A DNA stretch of 64,000 nt, taken from NCBI GenBank assembly GCA_963678065.2, contig CAXXVZ010000005.1:128001-192000 (forward strand), written 5' to 3'. The DNA is from Treponemataceae bacterium (GTDB lineage: Bacteria > Spirochaetota > Spirochaetia > Treponematales > Rectinemataceae). Under the pieces are notes generated by a model. That model did no database searches. It was not told the origin of the DNA and was given only the letters and a program-made list of their open reading frames with translations. How positions within the stretch are numbered: position 1 is the stretch's first letter; every line of letters begins with the position of its first letter. This document shows positions 9,246 to 18,841 of the stretch, one piece after another. The position numbers and the translations under genes are program-made.

Positions 9246-10382
9246 TCAGGGCTGGACTGTGGTCAGGTAGCTGAATTTGCCGTCCTTGACGACCTTGATG
9301 ACGGCGCTCTTCACGGCGTCGCCCTCGGCGTCGAGGGTGATCATGCCGGCCGCGCCGGGGAAGTCCTTGGTCACGGCGATGGCGTCGCGGATCTTCACGG
9401 TGTCGATGCTCTTGGCCTTCTCGATGGCGGCGCGGGCGACGAGGTAGCCGTCGAATCCAAGGGCCGTGACGGCGGCCGGCTCTTTCGAGTACTTCTTGCG
9501 GTAGGCGTCGAGGAAGACTTTGCTCATCGGGGTGATGGGAACCTCGGTGGCGAAGAAGGTGGAGAAGACGGCGCCTTCGACATTCTTCTTGCCGACATCG
9601 AGGAACTCGGGGGTCTCCCAGGTGTCTCCGCCGAGGAAGGGCGTAGTGATGCCTAGTTCGCGGGCCTGCTTCATGACGAGCGCGCTCTCAGTGAAGTTGC
9701 CGGGGGCGAAGATGACGTCGGGCTTGAATTTTTTGATCTCGGTGAGCTGGGCGGAGAAGTCTGTGTCGCCGGTGTTGTAGTTGAGGGTGGTGAGGATGGC
9801 GTTCTTGTCGCCCGTGAGCTTCACGAAGGCGTCGGAGAAGAACTTCGCGAGTCCGACGGAGTAGTCGTTGGAGATTTCGCGGACGATGACGGCCTTCCTG
9901 GCCTTCACTTCCTTGAACGCGTAGTTGGCCATCACGGTGCCCTGGAAGGGATCGAGGAAGCAGACGCGGAAATAGTACTCGTTGCCCTTGGTGACGAGGG
10001 GATTCGTGCAGGAGAGCCCGACCGCGGGAACCTTGGCCTGTTTGACGATGGGACCCGCGGCCATGGAGAGGGAGGAACCCCACGACCCGAGGACTACCTG
10101 AACCTTGTCCCTGTCGACGAGACGCTGGGCCGCGTTGGCGGCTTCGACCTTGTCGGATTTGTTGTCGGCGATGACCAGCTCGATCTTGTAGGTCTTGTCC
10201 CCGACCTTGACGGTGGGATAGAGATCGTTGGCGAGTTTGATGCCTTCGACTTCGAGTTCGCCGCCGCCGGCGTTGGCGCCGGTCAGGGGTTCGAATACGC
10301 CGAATTTGATGACTGGGTCCGCCGCCCATGCCGCCGCGGAAATCAGCGCGAGGGCCACGAAGATCAAGCCAAGCTTCTTCAT
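9246..10382 (-). CDS. Branched-chain amino acid ABC transporter substrate-binding protein (LivJ/LivK-like)
   Basis: Signal peptide MKKLGLIFVALALISAAAWA; PLTG, YFRVCFLDPFQG, DFSAQL motifs; AGGAGG RBS. Confidence 0.92.
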   Translation of the reverse strand: MKKLGLIFVALALISAAAWAADPVIKFGVFEPLTGANAGGGELEVEGIKLANDLYPTVKVGDKTYKIELVIADNKSDKVEAANAAQRLVDRDKVQVVLGSWGSSLSMAAGPIVKQAKVPAVGLSCTNPLVTKGNEYYFRVCFLDPFQGTVMANYAFKEVKARKAVIVREISNDYSVGLAKFFSDAFVKLTGDKNAILTTLNYNTGDTDFSAQLTEIKKFKPDVIFAPGNFTESALVMKQARELGITTPFLGGDTWETPEFLDVGKKNVEGAVFSTFFATEVPITPMSKVFLDAYRKKYSKEPAAVTALGFDGYLVARAAIEKAKSIDTVKIRDAIAVTKDFPGAAGMITLDAEGDAVKSAVIKVVKDGKFSYLTTVQP

Positions 10383-10430
10383 CAGGTGCCTCCTGTTTTT
10401 TCTCCGTACACTCCGGCACGGGGTTTTTAA

Positions 10431-10459
10431 ATGGTACGGCATAGTCCGGCATCTGTCAA
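10431..10459 (-). promoter_or_regulatory. Sigma70-type promoter of the liv operon
   Basis: Minus strand TTGACA (10459-10454), 17 nt, TACCAT (10436-10431). Confidence 0.6.
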
Positions 10460-10604
10460 TTTCAATTATTGAGCTAAAGGGTTCAATAATAGTGAAATAT
10501 GATTTCAATTGCTGACATCGCCCTGAGGTCCGGACAAAAAAAGTACGGACCAGAAAGGCTCAGGATAGCGCTTGAGGGGATTCAGGATGTGGAGTCGGGG
10601 CGGT

Positions 10605-11222
10605 TCAGGCTCCCTCCGACTCGGAGAATCGGAAATTCCGTTCGTGGGGCTGGATGCAGAGCTCGTAGGCTCGGGACATGGACTTCCTGAAGATGTCGGG
10701 ACTCATGTTGCTCCGTCCCTGTATGGCATTGAGGACGAGCGCGTTCGCGAGGACCTGGAACATATACAGATCGGAGTGGATGAGTTCCAGGTCAGCCTCC
10801 GGGCGCGCGTACTTCTTGACGAACAGGAAGACAGCGGCATAGCGGGTATAGATTTCCGGATTCTGCTGGAGCTGATTGAGATTCGAATTGAAAATGAATG
10901 TGTACAGGTGGGGACGGGCGAGGCCGAAACCGATAAGGTAGTCGGTCATCAGATTGTAGACCTTGAGGGGATTACCGTTTTTCCTGCCGTAGCTCTCGAG
11001 GTCATCCGGCAATCCGGACCAGAACAGGTCGTAGCCCTTGATGACCACCTGCGCGATGATGGCGTCACGGTTCTCGAAGTAGTTGTAGAGGGTCATCGCG
11101 GAGATGTTCAGCTCGGCCGCGAGCTTGCGCGTGGAGAATTGTTCGTAGCCGTTGGTTTCGATCAGGTCGAGGGCTTTGTCGACAATCAGATTCGTGTCAA
11201 CGATTTTCTTGCTTCTGCCCAT
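10605..11222 (-). CDS. TetR/AcrR-family transcriptional regulator
   Basis: N-terminal GYEQFSTRKLAAELNISAMTLYNYF HTH. Confidence 0.9.
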   Translation of the reverse strand: MGRSKKIVDTNLIVDKALDLIETNGYEQFSTRKLAAELNISAMTLYNYFENRDAIIAQVVIKGYDLFWSGLPDDLESYGRKNGNPLKVYNLMTDYLIGFGLARPHLYTFIFNSNLNQLQQNPEIYTRYAAVFLFVKKYARPEADLELIHSDLYMFQVLANALVLNAIQGRSNMSPDIFRKSMSRAYELCIQPHERNFRFSESEGA

Positions 11223-11435
11223 GCCACCCTCCTGAAAATCGAGGTCGGTTGGTCGCCTGAATCGACACTATAAATATAATCTTTTTTTATGATATCCGGG
11301 TCAATAGCTGTCGGGAATATTTCTATACATATAAGTCAAAATATAACACAAAAATCGTTTCCGGATTCCGCCCGGTGCCCCTCGCAGACCAAAAACTGAA
11401 GATTTGCCCGGAAGCATCCGATACTAGACATATCT

Positions 11436-12572
11436 TTGCTATGGAGTCATGAACCCTTGGAATACTCCGATATGCTCACGATTGGCGGAAGTTTCCGCGA
11501 TGCGGAAACCGAAGCGAGATTCAGGGAGAAGGAGCTGGTCGCCATGCGGCCCATGCTATCCATCCTCGTTCCGGGTCTCGGTCTGGCTTTCGCCTGTTTT
11601 GCGCTGCCGGACTACCTCGTCCTGGGAATGGGCGCGGATTTCCTGATCGCCGCGGCGGCGCGGGCGCTTTTCCTCGTCACCTGCCTGATCGCCACTCCCG
11701 GGCTGCTGCGCGGCGGTGGGTTCAGAAAACACACATTCCGGAAACATGCCGAGCGTCTTGTGACCATGGTGAGTGTCACCGGCGCGACGGCGTTTTCAGT
11801 CATCCTCTTCCTCTATCGGAACGGAAACTACTACCTCCAGGCGATGAGCGTCCTCATCATGATCGCCGGACTTTTTCTCATGCCGAACCGCCTCAGGGTC
11901 TCCTGTGCGCTCGCAGGGCTCATCGCCGGATCGGGCCTGGCCAGCATCCCATTTCTTGAATCGGGACTTGAATCCCAGGAAATCCCGGCCATCTTCGTGG
12001 ACTACGCCCTGGCCACAGCGGTCGGGCTTGTGGCCGCCTGGAGGACAGCGCAGGCGCGCAGGCTGGAATTCGCCCACGCGGAGGAACTTGAGCGGATTTC
12101 CGGCACGGATCCTCTGACTGGCCTTGCAAACAGGCGCGCATTCGAGCGGTGCATGAACGAGCTGCTGGAAAAAAACCGCGCCTGCGGAGGCAGGGCATCG
12201 CTCGGCGTACTCGACCTGGACAATCTGAAACCGGTGAACGACCGCTACGGGCATGAGGCGGGGGATGCTGTCCTCAGGGAAACGGCGGGCTGCCTCAAAA
12301 CGATGCTGGGCGCCTCAGGCTATGCGGCACGCTGGGGAGGCGACGAGATGGTGTTTCTCGTGAAAGACTCGGGGCTCGAAAAGGCCTCCGTTCTCGCCGA
12401 AGCCATCAGGAAGGCTTTCGAGGCGATGCGGCTGGAGCAGGGCATCCGCGTCACGGCCAGTTTCGGCATCACCGTCCTCGAGCCGAATGACGACCCCAAG
12501 AGCGCCGTTGCCAGAGCGGACAAAGCGCTCTACAAGGCGAAGGCATCGGGAAGGAACAGAGTCGAAACCTGA
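11436..12572 (+). CDS. Membrane-bound diguanylate cyclase (GGDEF domain)
   Basis: About 6 TM segments then TDPLTGLANRR, DLDNLKPVNDRYGH, RWGGDEM, ADKALYKAK; start uncertain (TTG 11436 or ATG 11472). Confidence 0.88.
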   Translation: MLWSHEPLEYSDMLTIGGSFRDAETEARFREKELVAMRPMLSILVPGLGLAFACFALPDYLVLGMGADFLIAAAARALFLVTCLIATPGLLRGGGFRKHTFRKHAERLVTMVSVTGATAFSVILFLYRNGNYYLQAMSVLIMIAGLFLMPNRLRVSCALAGLIAGSGLASIPFLESGLESQEIPAIFVDYALATAVGLVAAWRTAQARRLEFAHAEELERISGTDPLTGLANRRAFERCMNELLEKNRACGGRASLGVLDLDNLKPVNDRYGHEAGDAVLRETAGCLKTMLGASGYAARWGGDEMVFLVKDSGLEKASVLAEAIRKAFEAMRLEQGIRVTASFGITVLEPNDDPKSAVARADKALYKAKASGRNRVET

Positions 12573-12610
12573 CAGACCGCGGGAACTGGGCCGGCCTGTG
12601 CGACGGAGAA

Positions 12611-12652
12611 TTGACAGGCGGCCGTGGCTGCTTGACAGGCCGCCGTGGCTGC
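12611..12652. repeat. Tandem 21-bp direct repeat (2 copies plus degenerate tail)
   Basis: TTGACAGGCGGCCGTGGCTGC then TTGACAGGCCGCCGTGGCTGC, one mismatch. Confidence 0.75.
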
Positions 12653-12701
12653 AAAACAGGACGGCGGCCGCAGGACGATGATCCCCGAGATCCCGGGGGT
12701 T

Positions 12702-13046
12702 TTACTTTCCCGCCGAGAGGGCTTCTTCCCGGGTTTCGTGGATGTCGAGGATCTTGTGCAGACGCACGAGCTCGAACAGGACGCGGATGGGCTTGGAGAC
12801 GCAGCAGACCCTGAAATCCCCGCCCCGTTCTCCGATTCCGCGCATGATGGAGAGAATGGAGCCAAGTCCGGCCGAATCGATGAAATTGACGCCCGTCAGA
12901 TCGAGCACGACTTTTTTGACAGGCTGGACCAGGGGCGCCGACTGGGCGCGGAAATCGGCGACATTGGATGCGTCGATATGGTCGCTGGAGATAAGAAGCA
13001 CGAGTCTGTCTCCCGCCTGCTCTCCGCTCACGATGTATTTGCTCAT
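12702..13046 (-). CDS. STAS-domain anti-sigma-factor antagonist (RsbV/SpoIIAA-like)
   Basis: VVLDLTGVNFIDSAGLG with the phosphorylatable Ser; GAGGAG RBS before MSKYIV; last gene of the polysaccharide operon. Confidence 0.9.
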   Translation of the reverse strand: MSKYIVSGEQAGDRLVLLISSDHIDASNVADFRAQSAPLVQPVKKVVLDLTGVNFIDSAGLGSILSIMRGIGERGGDFRVCCVSKPIRVLFELVRLHKILDIHETREEALSAGK

Positions 13047-13095
13047 GAAAAACTCCTCATGCCCATTTGTCAGAGGAACTATACACCCGCTCCCC

Positions 13096-14382
13096 TCACG
13101 ATGCAACATCGCCCGTCAGAAGCGCCCGGATGATTTTCCGGTTCAGCGAACGCGGGTCGGCATATTTCTGTCCCGAGGCCTGCCAGGCCTCCGCCGCGAA
13201 GCACTCCCACTCGTCGCAATCCGGAGGAAGCGTCACCCATTCCCCGAGCAGGCCCATCGTAGAAGTCAGGGCGATCGAAGCGTGCAGCTCCGAGAGGGCA
13301 TCCATCCTCTCCGGGCTCCGCGGCGGAAGTCCCCAAAGGGCCACTCCGCCCGCCGCGACGTTGACGAGGGAAGGCAGGAAATCGGAGAAGAATCGCGGAA
13401 CGCTGGAGGAAAAGGCGGCTGGTCGCCGGTAGATCCGGTGGCGCCACCGGGAGCGGGGACCGCGGTCGGGTGTCGCGACGATGTGTTCCCGGCGGTAGAG
13501 CGGCCGCTTTCCCGACAGAGAGGCTATGGTCATGGCGGGAAAAAGGACGGGCGCGGCGAGGCCGAGGGCGAGGATCGCCCAGAGCCGCTCGGAGATGGAG
13601 GCCGGCGATGGCTGGACCCGCCAAGAGCTCGCTATCAATGTGTCATCCAGCACGATGGCCGCATCGGACTTCGGTTTGTACACCGATCCGCCATCCACGA
13701 CAGCGTCCCTGATCTCGAGACCGTCGCCGAGGAAAGTCCAGGGAAGGACCACAGAGGAAGCCACTTCAGTCCCGTTTCCGACGATTACGCCGCGCTCGAG
13801 CACTGCGTCGGGGCCCACGACAGCCCCGGGACCGATCTCGACGCCTTCCGCGAGAAAGACGGGTGGGTTGATCCTGGCAGTCGGGTGGATGCTCACGTGG
13901 TGGGAAATCCTGACACCCGCCGACCTCTCCCGGCCGGGAGGCACCATGCCGGGGAGTTTACCGCGCAGGAGGGCGATGGATTCGTCCATGAAGCCCCCCA
14001 GAGTGAATACATCGGGAACGGGAGCTTCCCCGAAGAGGGACTCCGCTCCCGGCATCACGGGATAGCGCAGGCAATCGAAAACGGAGGCTCCGCCCCAGGC
14101 CGAGGCCAAGTCCTGTGCCCGCTTTTCCGGATCGGCGTCCGACTTGCACAAGGCTGTCGATATCTTCACGCCCCAGCGCTCTCCGGCTCCGAGCACGGCC
14201 CTGAAACGCTCGGGCTCTTCCCGAAGGAGAAAGCGCAGATCCCGGTAACCTTTGTCCGAGAGCAACTCTACCGCGCGCTGGATCACCGGGCGCCCTGCCA
14301 CAGGAAGAAACTCCGCCAGGGTCGGCAGGATTACCCCGCCGGTCTCGAGATGCCTTCCCACGGCGATGATGACGGCTTTCAT
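13096..14382 (-). CDS. Degenerate NDP-sugar pyrophosphorylase-like / hexapeptide-repeat / sugar-transferase-like fusion protein
   Basis: MKAVIIA...LPVAGRPVI...GERWGVKI, then left-handed beta-helix repeats (IHPTARINPPVFLAEGVEIGPGAVVGP), one TM, then LPSLVNVAAGGVALWG. Confidence 0.7.
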   Translation of the reverse strand: MKAVIIAVGRHLETGGVILPTLAEFLPVAGRPVIQRAVELLSDKGYRDLRFLLREEPERFRAVLGAGERWGVKISTALCKSDADPEKRAQDLASAWGGASVFDCLRYPVMPGAESLFGEAPVPDVFTLGGFMDESIALLRGKLPGMVPPGRERSAGVRISHHVSIHPTARINPPVFLAEGVEIGPGAVVGPDAVLERGVIVGNGTEVASSVVLPWTFLGDGLEIRDAVVDGGSVYKPKSDAAIVLDDTLIASSWRVQPSPASISERLWAILALGLAAPVLFPAMTIASLSGKRPLYRREHIVATPDRGPRSRWRHRIYRRPAAFSSSVPRFFSDFLPSLVNVAAGGVALWGLPPRSPERMDALSELHASIALTSTMGLLGEWVTLPPDCDEWECFAAEAWQASGQKYADPRSLNRKIIRALLTGDVAS

Positions 14383-15119
14383 GCGCGGCCTCCGCTTCGT
14401 CCCATCCAGATCGAACGGGTCAGGAATATGATATTTCCGAGAAGATACCTGCGCCACATCCGCGCGGGCTCCATGGCCAGGCGGAAAACCCACTCGATTC
14501 CGACCGACCGCATCCAGAGCGGGGCTCGCGGCATGCGGTCGGAGTAGAAGTCGAAGAGTCCGCCCACGGCGAGAACCGCCGCAACCCCGGATTCCCGCGC
14601 CCATGCGTCGATCCAGAGCTCCTGGCGCGGCACGCCCATGCCGACAAAGAGGACATCGGCCCTTGAATCGCGCACCTCGCGGGCGGCGACCGCCGGATCG
14701 GAAAAGAAACCGGAGCGGAAACCCGCGATCTTCACCGCAGGCCACTTCTCCCCGACCTTCGCCGCGAGAGCCTCCACGACTTCGCGCTTCGCGCCGAGGA
14801 AAAAGACGGAGGAGCCTGTTTTTCCGAATCGGTCCATGAGGAGGGGAAAGAGGTCCGTGCCGTTGACATTGGGGACTTTGCCGATGCGCTGTATCCTGGC
14901 GGCGGCGGCCACGCCCGAACCATCGGCGAACACGAGGTCGGCCCTTTCAAGGGCAGCGCGGTATTCAGGCCTTTTCCACGCCACGTTCGCGCAGTGGGCG
15001 TTGAGGAAATAGATCCGGGAACAGCCCGCGTGAGTCCGGGCGGCTTTGTCGACGATATCCACGGCCTCGCCGATTTCCACCCTGTCCACGGGCAGTTTCT
15101 GTATCCTGACCCTCTCCAT
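14379..15119 (-). CDS. WecB/TagA/CpsF-family glycosyltransferase
   Basis: ADGSGV, NGTDL, VGMGVPRQELW, VGGLFDF, RAP.WM...EW..RL..EP.R..RRY. Confidence 0.93.
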   Translation of the reverse strand: MERVRIQKLPVDRVEIGEAVDIVDKAARTHAGCSRIYFLNAHCANVAWKRPEYRAALERADLVFADGSGVAAAARIQRIGKVPNVNGTDLFPLLMDRFGKTGSSVFFLGAKREVVEALAAKVGEKWPAVKIAGFRSGFFSDPAVAAREVRDSRADVLFVGMGVPRQELWIDAWARESGVAAVLAVGGLFDFYSDRMPRAPLWMRSVGIEWVFRLAMEPARMWRRYLLGNIIFLTRSIWMGRSGGRA

Positions 15120-15120
15120 G

Positions 15121-16452
15121 TCAGTACGCTCCCTTGCCGGTCAGGACGGCGGGGATCGTCGCGAGGAGGAGGCGGAGGTCGAGAGAGAGACTGCGGCTCT
15201 CCAGATACTCGACATCGAGCTCCACCTGCCTGGGGAAGGGGATTTCGGAGCGGCCCGAGACCTGCCAGATGCAAGTCAGGCCGGGAACGGCCTCGAGGCG
15301 CCTGCGGTCCGCGGCCGTGTAGAGGGCGACCTCCCGGGGGACAGGCGGCCTCGGACCGACGAGGGAGAGGTCCCCTTTCAGGATGGACCAGAGCTGGGGC
15401 AGCTCGTCGAGGCTGTACTTGCGGATGACGAAGCCTATGGGGATGATGCGCGGATCCCTCTTCATCTTGAAGGTGATGCCGCCGGACATCTCGTTTTTGG
15501 CGAGGAGCTTGTCCTTCAGCTTGTCGGCATCCCGCACCATCGAGCGGAATTTCGGAAACGGAAAGGATTTTCCGTACTTTCCGATCCTGGTCTGGCTGTA
15601 GAAGACGGGGCCCGGATCGTCGAGCCATATGAGAAAGGCGACAAGGGCGAAGACCGGCCAGATAACCATGAGGAGGAGGGACACGAGCGTGACGTCGAGG
15701 ACCCGCTTCATGGCTGGGTACACTTTGTCCGACATGAACATCCGGAAGACGGGTCCGAAGCCCTTGGCAGCCGGGGCTGGGTGGGAGTAGCGGGACTCCA
15801 TCGCCTTTATGAGCGCGAGCCGGTCGGCCATCTCCGGCATTCCCTCCTGCGCGGAAGTCTGCGAAGGCGAGGCGGAAGGAGTCGCCCCCGCGACGCTCTT
15901 GTCGATGAGCCAGAGAATTTTCTGCGCGAGGAGATCCTGTCCCTCTTCCTCGTCCAGGACGAGGGTCGACGAGGCGAGGGCCTCGGGCGCCCAGGAACGG
16001 TATTCGGGCTCGATCGAGTCCGAATACATGGCGAGCGCCTCGACGCCGCCGGGAGATCCGGCCTCCATCAGGGCGTCGGCCCAGCGGAGGAGCATCAGGC
16101 GCTCCTCGATGTCGATGAAGACTTTCAGCGTGCACAGGGCCGCGATTCCGGGGACGGCGCACAGGGGGCCGAGGACGAGGAGAAGAACCCCGGCCTGGCC
16201 GGAATCCTTCTCGGCGATAATCTCGGCCCGGAAGGAGTCCAGGTCGTAGGATGAGGGGTTCTCAGTCGCGGCCAATGCGAGGTCTTTCCCTGCCTGCCGG
16301 AGGTTTTCGGCCGTGCGGACATATTTCGCGGCTTCCACGACGCGCACCTGGGTTTTCCCGCCCGCGGAAAGCCCCGCGGACACTCGCCCGGCGATGGATC
16401 GGGCTCCGGTCACGGCGGAGCCTCCGAGTCCCACGACAATGCATCCGCTCAT
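15121..16452 (-). CDS. Priming phosphoglycosyltransferase with an N-terminal uridine-kinase-like domain
   Basis: C-terminal KR.LD, KFRSM, DPRI, LDELPQL, SLVGPRP, PGLTCIWQVSGRS. N-terminal ~165 aa follows uridine kinase motif order. ATGA overlap with the upstream gene. Confidence 0.88.
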   Translation of the reverse strand: MSGCIVVGLGGSAVTGARSIAGRVSAGLSAGGKTQVRVVEAAKYVRTAENLRQAGKDLALAATENPSSYDLDSFRAEIIAEKDSGQAGVLLLVLGPLCAVPGIAALCTLKVFIDIEERLMLLRWADALMEAGSPGGVEALAMYSDSIEPEYRSWAPEALASSTLVLDEEEGQDLLAQKILWLIDKSVAGATPSASPSQTSAQEGMPEMADRLALIKAMESRYSHPAPAAKGFGPVFRMFMSDKVYPAMKRVLDVTLVSLLLMVIWPVFALVAFLIWLDDPGPVFYSQTRIGKYGKSFPFPKFRSMVRDADKLKDKLLAKNEMSGGITFKMKRDPRIIPIGFVIRKYSLDELPQLWSILKGDLSLVGPRPPVPREVALYTAADRRRLEAVPGLTCIWQVSGRSEIPFPRQVELDVEYLESRSLSLDLRLLLATIPAVLTGKGAY

Positions 16453-17600
16453 TTCTTTCCCCTCCGCGCGGCATCGAGTATCAGGTCGAGTGTGAGTCTT
16501 GCGGTCTGCTCCCATCCTGAGTTCGCTGTCCTCGCGAACCCCCTGGTCCTCAGCGAACCGAGGAGCCCGGGGTCGCCCGCGGCCATCTCGAGCTTGGCCT
16601 CGATGTCGGCCTCATTCTCGGGATCGAAATAGACGGCGGCGTCGCCCCCGACTTCGGGCAGGGAGGAGCGGTCGGAGCAGAACACGGGCACTCCCGCCGC
16701 CATGGCCTCGAGTATGGGCATCCCGAAGCCCTCGAAGAGAGAGGGGAAGAAAAGCGCTTCGGCTCCCCCGTAGAGTCCCATGAGGTCCTCGTTCGCGACG
16801 AAACCCGTGAAGCGGATGGAGTCCGCCGCGACGCACTCGGACGCGGCCTTGTGGACCAGCTCCGCGCGGTCCCAGTCGGCCCCCGCGAGGATGAGAGAGT
16901 GAGGCGCCCCCGTTCTGGCCTTGAAATCCGCGAAGGCTCTGATGAGCCGGACATGGTTTTTCCCGGGGTGCTCTATCCTCGATATGAACAGAAAATACGG
17001 CTTTCGCAGCCCGAGGCGCTCAGCCACGGCTCCGGCGTCCGCCGCCGCCGCGACAGGCGAGAAGCGCGCAAGGTCGACGCCGTGGAAGATGACGCTGATC
17101 CGGGAAGGATCGACGCGGGCGGTGCGCACGAGGTCGTCCTTCGTCGCTCCGCTGATCGAGATGACCTTGTCGAGGCCCCGGATGAGGCCGGGCACAAGCC
17201 CTTTTATGTAGATCTCGTGGCTCAGGGGGTATTTCCCCTTCATGTGAAGGCTGGAGAGATCGTGCACGGTTCCGACGGTAGGCACGCCGGCGAGGAGCGG
17301 AAGCCGCCTGTTCGCAGCGGGGAAAAACAGGACATCGATGCGGTTGCGCCTGCAGAACCCGCGCAGATGGGTGGCGTTCCAGAGGACATTCGGCAAGGGG
17401 CGCGTCACCTTTTCGTCGATGGGGATGAAGGAGAATCTCGGCGAATGCGGCATGAACACATCGCCCGCCTCCTCTGTTCCGAAAAGGATGTACTCCTCTT
17501 CGCCGGGAAGAAGGGCGAGAGATTTCAGAATCTCGATCAGGTAACGGCTGATGCCCGATTTGCCGAGATCGCAGCCCGACAAAGGTATTCCTATTCTCAT
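16449..17600 (-). CDS. Glycosyltransferase family 4
   Basis: TVHDL, KN..RLI, FPSLFEGFGMPILEAMA; start re-called at MRIGIP. Confidence 0.92.
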   Translation of the reverse strand: MRIGIPLSGCDLGKSGISRYLIEILKSLALLPGEEEYILFGTEEAGDVFMPHSPRFSFIPIDEKVTRPLPNVLWNATHLRGFCRRNRIDVLFFPAANRRLPLLAGVPTVGTVHDLSSLHMKGKYPLSHEIYIKGLVPGLIRGLDKVISISGATKDDLVRTARVDPSRISVIFHGVDLARFSPVAAAADAGAVAERLGLRKPYFLFISRIEHPGKNHVRLIRAFADFKARTGAPHSLILAGADWDRAELVHKAASECVAADSIRFTGFVANEDLMGLYGGAEALFFPSLFEGFGMPILEAMAAGVPVFCSDRSSLPEVGGDAAVYFDPENEADIEAKLEMAAGDPGLLGSLRTRGFARTANSGWEQTARLTLDLILDAARRGKK

Positions 17601-18841
17601 CGTATTCCTCCGGATTTCGGAACCGGGCCCTCCGGGATCGAAGCGACAGGGCTCAGATGGCGAAGCAAGTTGTCGATGCTGGACTCGAAGGCGTACTCGG
17701 TCGCCGCGATCCTCCGTCCGGCCTCGCCCATGGACTTCGCGAGGCTCCTGTCGTCGAGGAGCCTGCGGATGGCCGCTCCGAGGGCCGCGAGGTCGGCGCA
17801 GGGCGCGAGGATGCCGTTCACCCCGTCGCGGAGCCAGTCGGGGATTCCCCCCGATGCAAAACCGACGACAGGCAGGGATTTGCGCATGGCCTCGAGGCCG
17901 ATCATTCCGAAGGGCTCCGGCCAGCGGGAGGGCACGACTAGGCACTCGGCCCCGCGATAGAGGACGTCGAGCTTATCAGGGGAAATGGAGCCCTCGAAGC
18001 GGACGCGCGATTCGAGTCCCCGTTCGCGGACGAGCTCGCGCAGGCCGTCCCTGGCATTGCCGGACCCCGCGATGGAGAGTCGCAGTCCGGGGTAGTCAGG
18101 CGCGAGAAGGGAGAAAGCCTCGATGAGGAGGTCGACGCCTTTCCCGCGGATGAGCTGTCCGACATAGAGAATGTAGCGCCCGGCGGTGTTTCCGGGAGAG
18201 AGTTCCGCTGGCGGCGCGGCCGGCGGACCGGACAAAGATGCCGGCAGCGCCGGAGATGTCGGCGGCACGGGCGGCAGGATCGAAACCCGCTCAGGATCGA
18301 ATCCGTTGGCCAGAAGCTCGTTCCGCATGTAGGTCGAGCCGACGAGGATCCACGGAAGGCGCCGGTTGTCCGCGAGTTCGGAGAAGAAGCGGAAAGGTGA
18401 CTTGAAACCGATGAAGCGCCCCTTCCTCTCGATGAAACCCGCGTCGAAAAAGCAGAAGGCTCCGGCCGGCCGGTCGCAGATCGCCGAATTGGAGGCGTAG
18501 TACTTGTGCCGGCGGGGGCAGACCGTATCGTGATCGTGGATGTAGCGGATGAGCTTTATCCCCGGATCGAGCCGGAGGAAAGGTGCGACCCTGTCGACCT
18601 TGTGCAGGAAAACAGTGTCGAAGCTCCGCCGCCGCGCCTCATCGGCGAGGCCCGCCTCATCCTCCGCCCGGAACCACTCGGGGAAGGCCGCGAGGTAGTC
18701 GCCCGTCTCCTCTCCCCTCTGCTCGACGAAGCCGAGCGCGCAGTGAACGCCTTTCGCCGCGAGCGCGATGGCTGCCCGCCGCACATAGACCTCCACGCCG
18801 CCGAAGGCTCCGGCGTAACGGTTGACGAAGAGAACCCTCAT
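17597..18841 (-). CDS. Glycosyltransferase family 4
   Basis: GQLIRGKG, PSRWPEPFGMIGLEAM. Confidence 0.92.
   Translation of the reverse strand: MRVLFVNRYAGAFGGVEVYVRRAAIALAAKGVHCALGFVEQRGEETGDYLAAFPEWFRAEDEAGLADEARRRSFDTVFLHKVDRVAPFLRLDPGIKLIRYIHDHDTVCPRRHKYYASNSAICDRPAGAFCFFDAGFIERKGRFIGFKSPFRFFSELADNRRLPWILVGSTYMRNELLANGFDPERVSILPPVPPTSPALPASLSGPPAAPPAELSPGNTAGRYILYVGQLIRGKGVDLLIEAFSLLAPDYPGLRLSIAGSGNARDGLRELVRERGLESRVRFEGSISPDKLDVLYRGAECLVVPSRWPEPFGMIGLEAMRKSLPVVGFASGGIPDWLRDGVNGILAPCADLAALGAAIRRLLDDRSLAKSMGEAGRRIAATEYAFESSIDNLLRHLSPVASIPEGPVPKSGGIR

Noticed and set aside
10461..10511. AT-rich palindromes (TCAATTATTGA) upstream of the liv promoter as a TetR site
   Set aside because: Plausible, but short AT-rich palindromes arise easily and no matching copy was seen in front of the tetR gene.
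12611..12670. Possible mini-CRISPR array
   Set aside because: Repeats are directly adjacent with no spacers, and no cas genes are present.
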